Source: Camelus dromedarius
Taxonomy: Eukaryota
Direction of reading: 5' to 3'
Length of the DNA stretch: 64,000 nt
Assembly: GCF_036321535.1 (NCBI RefSeq)
Contig: NC_087437.1
Location: 30,754,001-30,818,000 of the forward strand
How positions within the stretch are numbered: position 1 is the first letter of the stretch; each line of letters opens with the position of its first letter. A program made the position numbers and the translations under genes. The notes beneath the pieces were generated by a model, which saw only the letters and a list, made by a program, of their open reading frames with translations, was not told the origin of the DNA and ran no database searches. Below, one piece after another: positions 27,205-40,250 of the stretch.

Positions 27205-28865
27205 TTAAAAAAAAAAAGTATCCAGAATAGTCACCACAATATTAAAGAACAAAGCTGAAGATTGACACAATCCAACTTCAAGACTTACTATAAAGCTGCA
27301 GTAATCAAGACAGTGTGGTACTGAAGAAAGAACAGATAAATAGATCAATGGCACAGAGTGGACAGCCCAGAAATAGACCCACATAAACAGCATCAACTGA
27401 TCTTTGACAAAGGAGCAAAGGCAATACCACAGAACAAAGACGGTCTTTTCAACCAATTGTGCTGGAACAACTGGACATCTACATGCAAAAACAAAACAAA
27501 AAAATCTAGACCTCAACCTTACACCTTTCACAAAAATCAACTCAAAATGAGTCACAAACATAAATGTGAATCACAAAACTGTAAAATTCCTAGAAGACAA
27601 TGTAAGATAATGTAAGAGAAAATGTAGATGATCTTGGGCACGGTGATGACATTTTAGATACAACACCAAAGGGATGAGAAACAAAGAACTGATAAGCTGA
27701 ACCTCATTAAAATTTAAAACTTCTGCTCTGTGAAAGACAGTATCAACAGAATGAGAAGACAAGCCACAGACTAGGAGAGAATATTTGTAAATGACATCTG
27801 ATAAAGGACTGTTATCCACCATATACACAGAATTCTTCAAATTTAAAACTCAGTTATAAAATTAAAAAAAAAACCTGATTAAAACCTGAGCCAGAAATCT
27901 TAACAGACACAACCCCAAAGAAGATAAACAGATAACAAGAAAGCATTTTATGAAAAGATGCTCTCCATCATGTATCATCAGGAAATGCAAATTAGAACAA
28001 GATACTACAATAGACCTCTTAGAAAAGCCAAAATCCAGAATGCTAACACCATCAAATGCTGCTTAGGATGTGAAGCAACAGGAATTCTCCTGCATCACTG
28101 GTGGGAATTTAAAATGGTACAGCCACTTTGGAAAATTGTCTGGCAGTTTCTTACAAAACAAAACATATTCTTACTAAACTATCCAGCAATTGGACTCCTT
28201 GGTATTTACCCAAAGGGGTTGAAAACTTATGTGCACACAAAAACCTACATATGAATATGTGTAGCAGCTTTATTAATTGCCAAAACTTGGAAGTAACCAA
28301 GATGTCCTGCAGTAGGTGAATGGATAAATAAACTGTGGTACATCCAGGCAATGGAATATTATTTGGCACTAAAAAGAAATAAAGTATTAAGCCCTGGAGG
28401 AAACTTTTCACATTATTAAATGAAAAAAGCCTATCTGGAAAGGCTACATAACATGATTCCAACTGTAGGACATTCTGGAAAAGGCAAAACTATGGAGACA
28501 ATGAAAAGATCAATGTTGCCTGAGGTTGAAGAGTAGGAAAGAGATGAATAGGCAGAGCACAGGATTTTTAGGGCAATGAAAACAAAGTGTATGACACCAT
28601 ATGATGGAGACAGGTCATTATACATTTGTCCAAGCCCAGAGAATGCCCAACACGAAGAGTTAACAGTGGTGTAAACCATGTACTTAAATGACTATGATGA
28701 GTCAGTGTAGGATCATCAACTGGAACAGATGTACCGCTCTGCTGAAGGATGTTGATAATGGGGAGTCTGTGCAAGTGTGCAGGGCAGGGAGTATATGGGA
28801 AAGTTTCTATACCTTCCCCTCAATTTTGCTGTGAAACTAAAATTGCTTTTAAAAAATAAAGTTAA
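27205..28865 (+). mobile_element. L1 (L1MB/MC-like) 3' portion with decayed ORF2 C-terminus, flanked by older L1 fragments (about 26850-27200 and 28870-29200)
   Basis: ORF 27358..27615 (SPEIDPH..QLIFDKGAK..KDGLFN.LCWNNW) and ORF 27958..28254 are L1 ORF2p C-terminal motifs with frameshifts and stops. Confidence 0.92.
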
Positions 28866-31800
28866 AAGAATTAAGAAGCTCTATATGCTGATATGGAATG
28901 ATATACAAAATACAGTTACAAGAAAAATGTGCAGAATCATATGAATAGTGCATTACCATTTGATTTTTTTTAAAGCATCCATATGTATTTGCTTGTGTAT
29001 ATATATAGAGATATATATATAGATATATATATATATCTTTCTGAAAAATTACAAAAGAAACTAACAGTACTATTGGTCTTTTGGAGAAAGAACTGGATGG
29101 CTGAGGGACAGAGGTGTGAGAGAATTTTCACTAAATGTCCTTTAGCCTACAAAAAAAATTCAAGCATGAGAATGTATGATCTATTCAGTTACTCTTTTCT
29201 AACAAAAGTAACATAGCAAGAAGAAGAATTCTGTGAGGTTTTTACTTCACCAAATCTGAGATGAGATGTTTTCAAGAAAGTGCTGAAAACTGATCCTGAC
29301 TTGTGTCGTTGTTTTTGATTGAAACTTGGACGCTAAATAATAGATTTCACATTTCTCTCTTTTGAAGAGTGAAAAAGAAGTTGGTACACAGTTTGTGTTC
29401 ACTCTCTTCCAAGGGTGCATTTTAACAGTTTACCCAGCAAACAGAAAAATTCTTCCAATTCACAGGCTATTTCAAATGAGAAAACCATGGTTCAGGATAA
29501 AACATTTGGATGCAATTCTATTTTTCCGTTTTCAATTTGAGAAGACAAGATCTATCTGACATTCACACACTCACATTAATACACCGCTCCAGAAAATAAA
29601 ATAATCACATTACAGGGAAGAAAAACAAGGGGTGGGGGAACTTTCTAGCCTTGTCTCCAGAAACACCCTGACAGCATAAGACAGATTCAGTGGCTCAGGA
29701 GTGGGACAGGTCTGACTCCCATTGGCCTCCTGAGTCTGGTTGCAGCCAATAGCTGACGTTTTCTGAACGGGAAGAAAACTATGAAAATTCAAAAACAAAC
29801 AAAAAAACACCTCCCCAACCCCTGTTATCGAAATCCAGAAGAGCTTAAAGAACACTGCTTTTAAAAGTTATTAAATACGAAAAAAAAAAAACGATTACTA
29901 AATACAAAAAAAGGATTAGTAAATGTGAACTTCAGTGAGACTTAAAAAGATGGTAAAAAAGATAGTTTCTTTAAAGTTGCTTCCCAGTTTCCTATTTCTA
30001 CCACTTAGGAGCCAGGAGGTGGTTACTTACTTCTTTATTATTGAAACCCAAATATTTTTGTTTAACTTTAATTTTACTTATTAAGTTTCAAAATCCAAAG
30101 GCATTAAAGGGTATACAATGAACAGTTTACCTCTGGTATCTGTCTCCCAGCAATCAACATTATTAGTTTCTAGTGTACCCTCCCTGGGATATTCTATATG
30201 CAGACAGGAAAACTTCCTTTTTTCCCTTAACCCTCCTTTTCTTTGTTTTATCCAAATGGTTGTACGGAAACAAAAGTCTTTAAACTGAAATAAAAGTTAA
30301 AGGGTCTTTACATAATCCTGACTCCTTTTTCTATAAAGAAATCTCATTTTTTTTTTTAATTTCTTTTCAATGATTCCCATATCACTCAAAGTTAAGAAAC
30401 AGTTGTTTGGCAAAAAAGAAATAGGTGGTCTAGAAAATCAAATTACATACAATTACACAGCAAATCAACTCACTTAACTCCTGGTCCAGTATTCTGACCT
30501 TCGAAAAAACTGTATTGATTTTCAAAGTTCCCACCAGGGGTAGTTTTGCAGAGGTCCCGTTAGCACTCCAGGGAGACCTGTTTCAAGGTCCAGAGGCTCC
30601 TTCAGTTAAATTCAAGAGCAAGAGAAGAGGGAAGTGGGAAGCAGAATTCAAATGTTTGGTTCTTGTGGACTAGCAACAAGGAAGTGAAGGCAGATGAAAG
30701 AGAAACCATGATTCCCTTAGATCAGTTAATCAGTAACTCACATGTGATCGCACCAAACTAGATCTTTCTGCCCTCCAGAGGCAACTTAGTAGCTAATGCA
30801 CGGGCACCTGAACAGCTGGACAGGTTAAGTCCCTTGCTAATCTCAAAAGAACGAGCCACAGAGAAGAGAGGATGCTAGTAGGTAAGACACAGAGAAACTC
30901 ACAAAGAGAGAAATCCAGTGCACGCTCCAGGGTCCTAGGCAGTGCCTGACCAAGGCTGGACTGAATTCCAAAGTGGAGTCCATCATCCATTCTTCCCAAA
31001 CCCTCAACCTTTTCTTCTCCCTTGGCGTCAGAGACATAGGAAGGAAAGAAGGCCCAGGAGAGAAGTGTGCTTTTAAGGCGTGGTGTGCTAATAAGGTCAC
31101 TAGACCATGTCTGCTGGCAACGGCAAGGTTCAAGTCCCAACTTGGCTGTGTGAGTGTAAATATTTCTGAGCCTCTGTTTCTTCATGGGTAAACTAGCTCA
31201 AATTTACTGCAAATCTGGAACCAGCTCAGGAGTCTCAACACCATGGCCAGAGCAGTTGTGAGAGCACCAGAGCTCCAGCTTCTGGCCTAGGTTTAGAAAT
31301 TTTCAGCAACTGTCCAACATTACAGAAAGACACCATCTGACTCTACCCAGCAGTAAGCCATTCTATTTCAAGAAAAGTAAGTGAGCAAAGTTTATATAAG
31401 ATCAAATCAATATTTAAGTCTTGGGATACCAGAAAACACACATTAAAATCATGAGGGGTCCTTAAACTCAGGGCAATTTGACAACAAACTCCAAGTGATA
31501 AGTGGGCCACTTTGATGTGGAAAAGCATTTGCAGAAGAGAATCTAAACACCACTCACTTCTAAACAAATAGCCAACACAGTTTATAAACAAAGTCTTGAA
31601 TGTTTTTCTGGAACCAGGCCTGAATTTATAACCTCCTCAACTCCATCTAGGGAACACAGCTTCTCCACTCACCAAAAATCTAATCAGAACAACTTCCAAA
31701 TGTCTGTATTTTGAATGGCATGGTGAATTTGAAAAGAAAACCAACTCAATGTTTTCTATAATTTTAGCTTTGCTTTTCTGAGTGGGAACATGTTGTGTTA

Positions 31801-34800
31801 GAGCATGGAGGAGGCAGACAGTTCAAATTCCAAGACAATTCCATCCTCACTTAGATCTTGGGCAAGAAACTAATCTCTAGGAACATGGGATTATAATTCC
31901 TGAATCTCTTAATTTTTATGAGTTTTAAATAAACCTAAAGTAAATGCCCACACCCATGGTTGGAATATATTACTGTTCATATCCTTCTTTTCTTCCAGAA
32001 CACCTTGTTTAAGATATTTACTGGACAGTAACCAGAAAAGCTGTTCTGCCTTGTATTAAATCCTAATCATGGCAGAATTCCTCAGGCCAAAATACAAACT
32101 GAGAGAGATCTCTTTTGCAGTTATGCATAGGAACCATGTATGTTCCCATGATATACAGGTGCGTATAACCAAATGTCTCATCAGGAGAGGCCTACTGTCA
32201 GTTCCACTCAGGGAAATTAGACTAAGCCATGAAACATTGCTGATGTTTGACCATTTTATAATTACAACTCTAGGAATTTCCCATCGTTACAGATACCAAA
32301 ATCTAGAGCAAGGGTTTCACGTCTGCCCTCCCTAGACTTCTTGGAAGCAGCAGGATCATTTGAAATTAGAATATGTTCATCCCAGTTCTTTCATTTATTA
32401 GCTGTGTGACTTTAAGAAAATCATTTAGCAACCTTGGGCCCTGGTTTCCTGATTTATGTAAGGTACATGGTAGGGGTATTTTCCTGCTCTGTAATTTTAT
32501 GAGATTTAATGAGGCACAAGCGTTTAGTTTAGTGCATTGAAAATGCAGACTTGGTGAGAATTTTTTTTTCAACTTTGCTATTAAAGTTTTCTTAGTTGTC
32601 CCTTCCTTATCCATCCTGCCCTCTTTCCTTTGAAGCACACAAGACAGAGACCGTGATGATAATAACACAAAGCTGTGTAAACTTCTTCACGGGCTTCTTA
32701 AAATGCACTTCTAATTCGGTACACCGACCAGTGGTGCTGGATTTCTCCTTAAATAAAAATGGTCACGGGTGTCAAAGAGATGTGAGTGAGTGTCCAGTGA
32801 ACTGTGTCTAAATGATTTTCCTTGTGAGCAAAGCCAGCCTGGGATAAGCCCCTGCTAGTGAGGAGACAGAACATGCTTCCCAGGCCGAGGAGGCATTGTT
32901 CGAAGTAATGAGTTCTGCACCACTTGGGCCACAATTCACAGCTGAGTCGGATTTTCCGAGACAAAGAGCAATAACCAAATTGGGATGCTCTTCAGCAAGC
33001 TTCTCCCAGCTGATAATTATAAGTAGACTCATGAGGTGGTGAAGGAAAGGAGGCTACGTTCTCCCTAATCTGCTGTGTCTTAACCGTGTCCTAGGAATGA
33101 CAAGAGGAAACGTTTCTCAACCTTGGTCAATATTATGCCAGGGGTTTGTCACGGCTGTAATGGATTTCAATAGAGTCTAAACTTACGAAAAACGCTGAGA
33201 AATTATTCCAGCTCAAAAGTTAAAATGTTTAAATACCCTACTGTATTCTTTTTATCCAACTATCATAATTTTATATCCCCACTCCCTTTTCTTTTTTGCT
33301 CAGAGAAATTATAGTCATGATCCCTCAAGCATGCAGACCGACACTATTCTTTGAAGGGAGCTGCAGGAGGTTTATGATGTCATGAAACACGGAGCCAGAA
33401 CAAAGGACTACTGAATCACTCACCTTATCTTCATCTAAGAAACGTGAGAATTCCAGGGTTTCTGTTCCTCCCCAACTCAGAGCTGTACTTCCAAGACTGC
33501 AGGTTTTAGGGCTGACTCTCTACTACGAAAATGTAAGAAAATACCTGCCACAATGCTTCTTAGCGTATATAGAGAATCTTATCTAAAATGCTTAAAAACA
33601 ACGTTCAGGGTTTTTAAAATCAAAGTTTAAGCAATTTGTTCCTGAATCTAGATGTCTGAGTGCCTGGCACTTCATCAACTGCTTTCCTTAAGAGAACCAC
33701 AGATATTATCTTTACCCTGAAAACCTGAAACAGTACTAGAATTATTTCAGAACTCACAACGCTTGGTTCATTGAAATCTAGATTTCTTTAGATCTTATAT
33801 ATAACTAGTTTTCAACATGTATTTATTGACTAAATGAATAAATTAAGAAAACATGTAAGCATTTTCCCAGTATAGTACCCTAACATAAAGTAACTTTACC
33901 TATTCTATTTTTATAATTCTACCCTTATAGTTATTGAGAAGCTTGATCCTAAAAATAAGTTTCACTGATGTTCATGTGAGAAAATGTATCAAACAGAAGC
34001 AATGACTGCGGCAGCTTTTATGAAGAAATCTGGTGAAGCTATAAATCCTGGCTCTGCCCATCAACCTTCCCTCCCTTTGTCTCATCCCACTGCCTCTCCT
34101 CAGCGTTCCCCCAAGCACTGCCAATCTCATTATCCCATGATCTGCTAAACTGCAGTTTACCTCCTGGAACCAGCAGAAACACATGTCACTGAGAATTAGG
34201 GAATTGGAGCCAGTTACAAGCCACCAAGTAGGGTCACAAAGTATCTGAACCTGAAAATTAAGTTTTTCTATTTTTTTATTTATGAAAAAAGAAAAAACCT
34301 TAATTGGCCATTTTTAAACATTTCAGCTAGATGGATTGCATAATGTCTCGGCTTTTATAATGAATGGGATGGGAGAGAGAACTTTAACAGCATGTTATTT
34401 GCTAATCATCTGGAAAGTAATATTATGTTGACCTCATTTGCTGATGGTGGAAGGATACTGTCTGAAAATTACCACTAATCAACATTTACTGTACTTGAAG
34501 GCAAATTATTTAAAAATAGGATACTGCAAGACAGTACTCACATATTACTTTATCTATTTTTATGCCACACTTTATCCCAGGAAGAATAACTCCGTTTTAA
34601 ACTTTCACTAGCAGTTACACTAATTTTAACCAACATTTATTTAACAGCAACAAGGTGTACCAATCATGCTGCCAAATATTGATACACCCTAAGAAAAAGC
34701 GAGCAAAGAAGCAACAGCTCCTTCTACATACCCCTTGAGTTATGTATCCTTGCCAAATGCTAACCTGTGCGTAAACAAATGGGATTTTAAAAGGGGGATA

Positions 34801-35389
34801 GAGCTGTCCAGACACAATTTTAAGAAAAGGAAAATGACTCAACAGAAAGCTTGAGGAATCTGACTAGCTCCTGTTAAGGTTTCTTGAGACATTCCCTGCA
34901 GAAGATTAATCCCCTAAGTGATCAAAACGCCGTCGCAACTGGAAAAACAATCACTTCTTCTGGGAAAGCCTTTGTTTCTTTTCATTGGCATTTTACTTTG
35001 GTCCATTTTGGAGCGCATCTCGTTTTCATTAACAAGCCAAAAGGAGGACACAGGTGTTGCCAGTTTGTACACGCCGGGCTTTTCACCTGCGGTAAGGCGG
35101 CACAGGTCTGTCCCCTTAATGCTCAAGAGCCAGCACCTGGCCGATTTTTTTTTTACGGCCTCACCAGGAAGTAAATATATTTTATTCGTCCCCACTTTCA
35201 TGGGCTAGAAGAGGGAGGAAAAATTCTCAAATGCTGCCCCAAAAAGCAATTTCTCACCTTCGTCTATGATCAAAGTGGTATTGTGTGGGAGGTGGGAGAG
35301 GTCTTTAAAATTTTAGTTGGTTACTATTTTAATGCTGAACTCCTAATTTCAAAATGAGATCATAAACTTATTCCGAGTTACAAACAAAG

Positions 35390-36520
35390 AAAATGTCTGG
35401 GGGATCGGGGGATACGCGCCACAGACGCTCAACTGGGAACAGGGCTTCGGGGGGCACTCCGGGCGGCGTCTCAGACTCGCGGCGCCGTCGCCATGGGAAC
35501 CCCGCGCAGGCGCGGAGCGCGCCGCCAAATGGCCGGGACCTGCCCCCCACCCCCTCGCGCCGCTCCGGTGCCCCTCGTTTATTCCAGGAAAGGGCAATGG
35601 AGTAAATCCTCCTCGAACTGAGAGCACCTGGTCTTCTCTCCCTGAGAGGTTCCTGAGTGGGGTCACCGGGCGCAGGAAGAACCGTGAGACTGCAAGTGTA
35701 ATGGACACCGCACTCCCCTTGCTGGGAAAAGAGGACCTGCTCTCTCTGCGGCGTCTCGCGGTCAGAAACCAGTCCCGGGGGTCCCGTGTGGGAGTGGAGC
35801 CTCCTACAGAGAGCCATGCTTTACCCTACACGGGGCGCAAACCCCACTCACCAAAAGAGACTCGAGGATTCAGTTCTGGCGAGGGCTCACACATCCACAT
35901 CCTTTAGAATTACGGTACCCCAAGACCAGCCGTGGTCCAGTTCTCCGCACAGGGGTTTGGGGAATTCCTACTCACACCACCACTCGAGAGCGTGTGCCGG
36001 CCGGAAACACCTGGACTGCTGTACCAGTCCTCTTTTTCTTTCTCGTTCCTCCCCAGTCCCCCAAAATCACTGACCTGTTCAACTTTGAGCTTTCGCAGAT
36101 GAAGTATTCTTCAGAGTCCCGGACAGAGGGGCAACCTCCAAAGTGCCGGCGTGATGAGTTATTAGCTCCTGCTACTCGAACTCCAAAACCGTGTCGAGGG
36201 GCAGGAAAGCCCCCCAGAGGAGCTCTTCTCCACACCAGCCTGCAGAAAACCCCGAGACGGGCTGGGCAGAGTGGGGCGCCACCACCACAACCTGCTTTCT
36301 CATTCAAATCCTCACGCTCACTCTGGAGCCCCCTCCCTCCCAGCCCCGCAGCTCCCTCGGAAATCAGGAACTGGAGCTGGGGAGAGTGGACTGGAGTTAC
36401 CGCCACCTTCCACTGGGTGTCCGGGGCCGAGCTCTGCGCCTACACCTCCTCAGAGGGCAGGCAAGGGCCAGAAGCACTGGGAATGAAGTCTCCCTCCACC
36501 CGCCCCCTCGCTCAAGTTTC
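35390..36520 (-). promoter_or_regulatory. CpG island, probable PLCH1 promoter / non-coding first exon region
   Basis: CpG-rich island about 21 kb upstream (minus sense) of the PLCH1 coding exon. Minus-strand donor GGT|GTGAGT at 35975, plus further donors at 35257 and 35164. Confidence 0.75.
35976..36200 (-). other. PLCH1: Candidate non-coding exon 1 of PLCH1 (5' boundary uncertain)
   Basis: Consensus donor GTGAGT at 35975-35970 within the CpG island. TSS cannot be fixed from sequence alone. Confidence 0.45.
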
Positions 36521-39500
36521 AAAGGTTCCCAAACTCAGGGAAACCCCCTTGATACTCAGTTTGGGGCTGTGCTCCAGACAGCGTCTGTGGTGGAGAGGTA
36601 AAGGAGTTTGGCAAAACAAAGTTGGAGAGGAAGGGCGCAGAGATTGTGTGCAGTTTGCCCCAAAGTAAAAAGTTCCAGAACCACATCTTAAAGGAAATTC
36701 CGAACTGCCCATCTTATTTCGCCTCCTGTTTTTTTTAGCATTCTAAGAAAACAGCATCTATTATGCTGTTAAAACCAATGAGATCTGCTTCGAGTAGAGT
36801 GCAGCTAACACTGAGAAAGGGGGAGGTATTTAACACCCTGCTTTTATTCTTCCCCCTTCCCCATCCACCCCCCGCCCCGTCTTTCTCCAGGTGCTTCTCC
36901 TAAGCATTAACAGGCCATTCAATCAGATAAATTGGTGGCAGGTGGACTCAAGCGGCCATCGTGCGATGACGTGGAGTCACGGCCCTGGCAGAGGAAAGCT
37001 TGCACACAGTTGGCACTCAAATGATGCTGAAACGATGAAATCTAGTCTTCGTCCTAACGTGGCGAGTGACCAAGTTGGTGCGGCTGCTGGAACGCGGACA
37101 ACCGCTGGCCCAGGCAGCAGCGGTGTGATCCGGCTTCGGGATTCCAGGATTTGCATTTATCAGCCTTCATTCAACCTGCCCTATTGTTAGTTCAAAGCCT
37201 GGCTGGGAGGGACTGGGAGACGCTGCTCTTCACTCACCTTCAGTTTAAAATTCTCCACCAATAAGAAGGTCCTAGAAAAGCTGGCAGCTTGGAGTTGGCA
37301 GGGATTTTCTGGGCTTAGTGACAACATAAACTAAAGTCATTTTCTTTTTCAAGCGTGAATTTGCTCAGGAAGTTACAAATGAGTGCTGGGGCTCTGAGAA
37401 CCCGTCCTGGCTGCCCGTCAGCTTTGACGGACAGTTGGTGTGGGGTGGGAGGGTAGCACCGTGACCTCTCAGCGCGAGATCTAGGGTTTCACCTTTTCAT
37501 CCCACTTCGCCGATACCATAGAAACAACTCATTTGTATTATTCAATTCAACAGAGGCAATTACAATGTTACAGCAAAGCACCATGGGCAAGAAGAAACTT
37601 TATCCAGAAAGCAGTCCTGGACTCTCAGAAAAAAAAGGAAAAAAGCCACCAAAATAGTCATTTGGATTCCTTCCTGCCAGGGTACCAGGAAGAAATCAGT
37701 TTGGGAAAAGATGTATAAGGAAGGTCCTTTGGCTCCATGGAAGGAAACCTTCCCAAATTTTCTTACCGCGCAGCAAATCCCCAATTTATAAGAAATAAAA
37801 CAGATAACCTTCTACCCCTAGATTGCTTTTTAGAGATTTGTTTGGCTGGTAATCTCCATGGTGACTAGAAAGCACCCCCCCCCCCGCAAAAAAAAGAAGA
37901 GAAAGATACTAAGACCACCACTAAGGCAACCATGGAGGTTATCCACCACCACTCTCGCCAACCTCCTGTGTTTGTGTCTCTCATACATGAAAAACTGCAG
38001 ATGCCCATGGTGAAATAAACTCAGATACAAAGTTCATAACAAGCGCACTTGTTTGCTATGCATTCTTTATTTTGATGGTTTTAATAAAGTTCCATAATTT
38101 TGAGAACTTCACATTTTTTATATCATGCAATATTTCAAACCTACCAAAAACAAGGCAAACACCCATATAATAAACATGCTCCCCCACCCCTTCTTTTTTT
38201 AAATAAAGCATCGCAGATACAGCTAAAAACAGTATCTCCGGGCCCTTCTCCCCAAAGGCAACCAAGTTGGTGTGAATCATACTTAATCAGGGTCTTAAAT
38301 GTATATATCTATAAATCTTTACTGTAGCTTTTCCCTCTGAATCTCTTTTTCACCATTAATCAGAGAAAAATTACCAACCAAAACCAAGAAAATATTGTTA
38401 CATTGCTAAATCTTTAGATGCAGGACAGAACAATTTTTCCCAGCTTGTGACAATCAGAGGGAACAATAAGAAAGGGGTTAGACAGCGGGTAGTAAACAGC
38501 CTCTCTAGGTTACACAGACCCTTCCATGGTTACCAAACAGTCAATAGGAAAACAAAACAAATAATACCCCCTTCTTCCTTTGCTGGTTACAAGTGAATTG
38601 GAGAAAATGGGACCTCGGTTAATACTTCTTTGGGCAAGTAAAACAAAAGCCCCATATGGTAATAAAGTACCTTTTTTGAATGGTCTCTTGGTCACGTAAG
38701 CTAAAATCTTTTAGTAAGGATTTCCAAGTGTAAGGGACTCCTACGGGTAGCGCAATTCAAGGTTGAAAACCGCCCCCTGCTGAAAAGTCTGGGGTTGAAT
38801 CCTCCTTGCTTCCCTATACACAAGGACCTCCATCCATGCAGCGAGCTACAGAAAGCCCTTTCCAGCACTGTTTCTCCTCCCAACAGTAAAAGGGCTATGA
38901 AAGCACCAATTTTTCTTAAATGCCATTGACTGGTGAAAGACATCCTTCCCAACCCCCACTCTACTCTCGCTTCCAGAGCAATGACTCTCATTAATTATAC
39001 TGGCACAGCACTGCCTGGCCTCCTTTCTAAATAGCTGCCAGATCTCTACATATCACCTCTGCCTTGATACAGAATGTGCCCTGACACCAAGATCACAGAA
39101 AATCCTGTAAAAGGTGCCTGATACATGGTAAGATGATTGATGTGCCTCGTGGTGGGCCTGGTGTGCTGCATATCGTAAAGGCTTTCTTAGAAAACTGCAC
39201 TAGAAATCTGCATTGGAAATAGCTTTACAAAATAGCTGTACAAAAATCATGCTTCCAGCTGTAAAAATAGCTATATTTAAGAGACTCAAATTTAACCAGC
39301 AGTCATCTTTAAGTTACATGCATGAAGCAAGGGAGTGAAGGACATGACTATTATCCCTATTTTAATCAATGCACCAAGAAATCAAGAGAATGACCGGAGA
39401 ATTTAACAGTTATCTAGGAGTTGTTATCGCTCTTTCAACATCTATTTTTTAAGTACTTGCCATGTACCAGGCACTGCTTTAGTCTTGGCTGGAGTAGAGA

Positions 39501-39549
39501 TAGTACTCCTGAAATACAGAGCAGTAACTGTCCTTATAGCTCTGCATCC

Positions 39550-39814
39550 TGTACTGGTCAAGACTTCCAGATAAAAACCCCAAATCAAACTAGCTTGAGA
39601 GGAAAAGGCAATGTACTGACTCCTACCTTAAGATAGGAGAAAGGATAAGGGCTTCCGTCATAACTGGATCCAGGAATTCAGTCATCATTTCTCTCACACT
39701 CTTTCTCATGTTTGCTCCTTCTCTCTCTCCCTCTCCCTCTCCCTCTCCCTCTCCCTCTCCCTCTCCCTCTCCCTCTCCCTCTCCCTCTCCCTCTCCCTCT
39801 CCCTCTCCCTCTCC

Positions 39815-39880
<66 letters not shown>

Positions 39881-40250
39881 CTTTTTTCAAGGGTTTGATC
39901 CTATTCTCTCCCATTACCTATGAGCATCCTCTAAAGGCTGGTGGAGGGTGGAGCATAACCAGGGACAGATCCAGCTTCAGTCATCTCAGCTAATGATCCC
40001 AGGGGTAGAGAGGCCCTCTTGCTTTTACCATCTGTAAATAGGATTGGAAGGATTCAGACAGACCTGGTTCAAGTCATGTGTCCATCCATAGGTCAATAAC
40101 TGTGATCGGCAACAAAGAGTATATATGTGGCCAGGCTCTGACTTTATATTCACCCCTATAGCCAGGAAGGTGGGATACTCTGAGTAGCAGCCCCACCAGA
40201 ACTTCATGGAGTCAGGGAGGATTTGCTCATCACAGAAAAGGGGCTGCTTT
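39550..40250. mobile_element. Old MaLR LTR (MLT1J/K-like) remnant hosting the microsatellite
   Basis: Degenerate MLT1-type phrases (ctggatccagga, gtcatgtgtccatcc...caataactgtg). Boundaries approximate. Confidence 0.5.
39721..39878. repeat. Compound microsatellite (CTCTCC)n-(CT)n
   Basis: About 100 bp of hexamer repeat followed by about 58 bp of CT repeat. Pure pyrimidine on + strand. Confidence 0.98.

Noticed and set aside
35349..36668. ORFs of 119-224 aa in the PLCH1 CpG island
   Set aside because: Pro/Arg/Gly/Ser-rich translations typical of stop-poor GC-rich DNA; no family similarity.
39678..39993. ER/RG, SP/SL and LP repeat ORFs
   Set aside because: Translations of the microsatellite.
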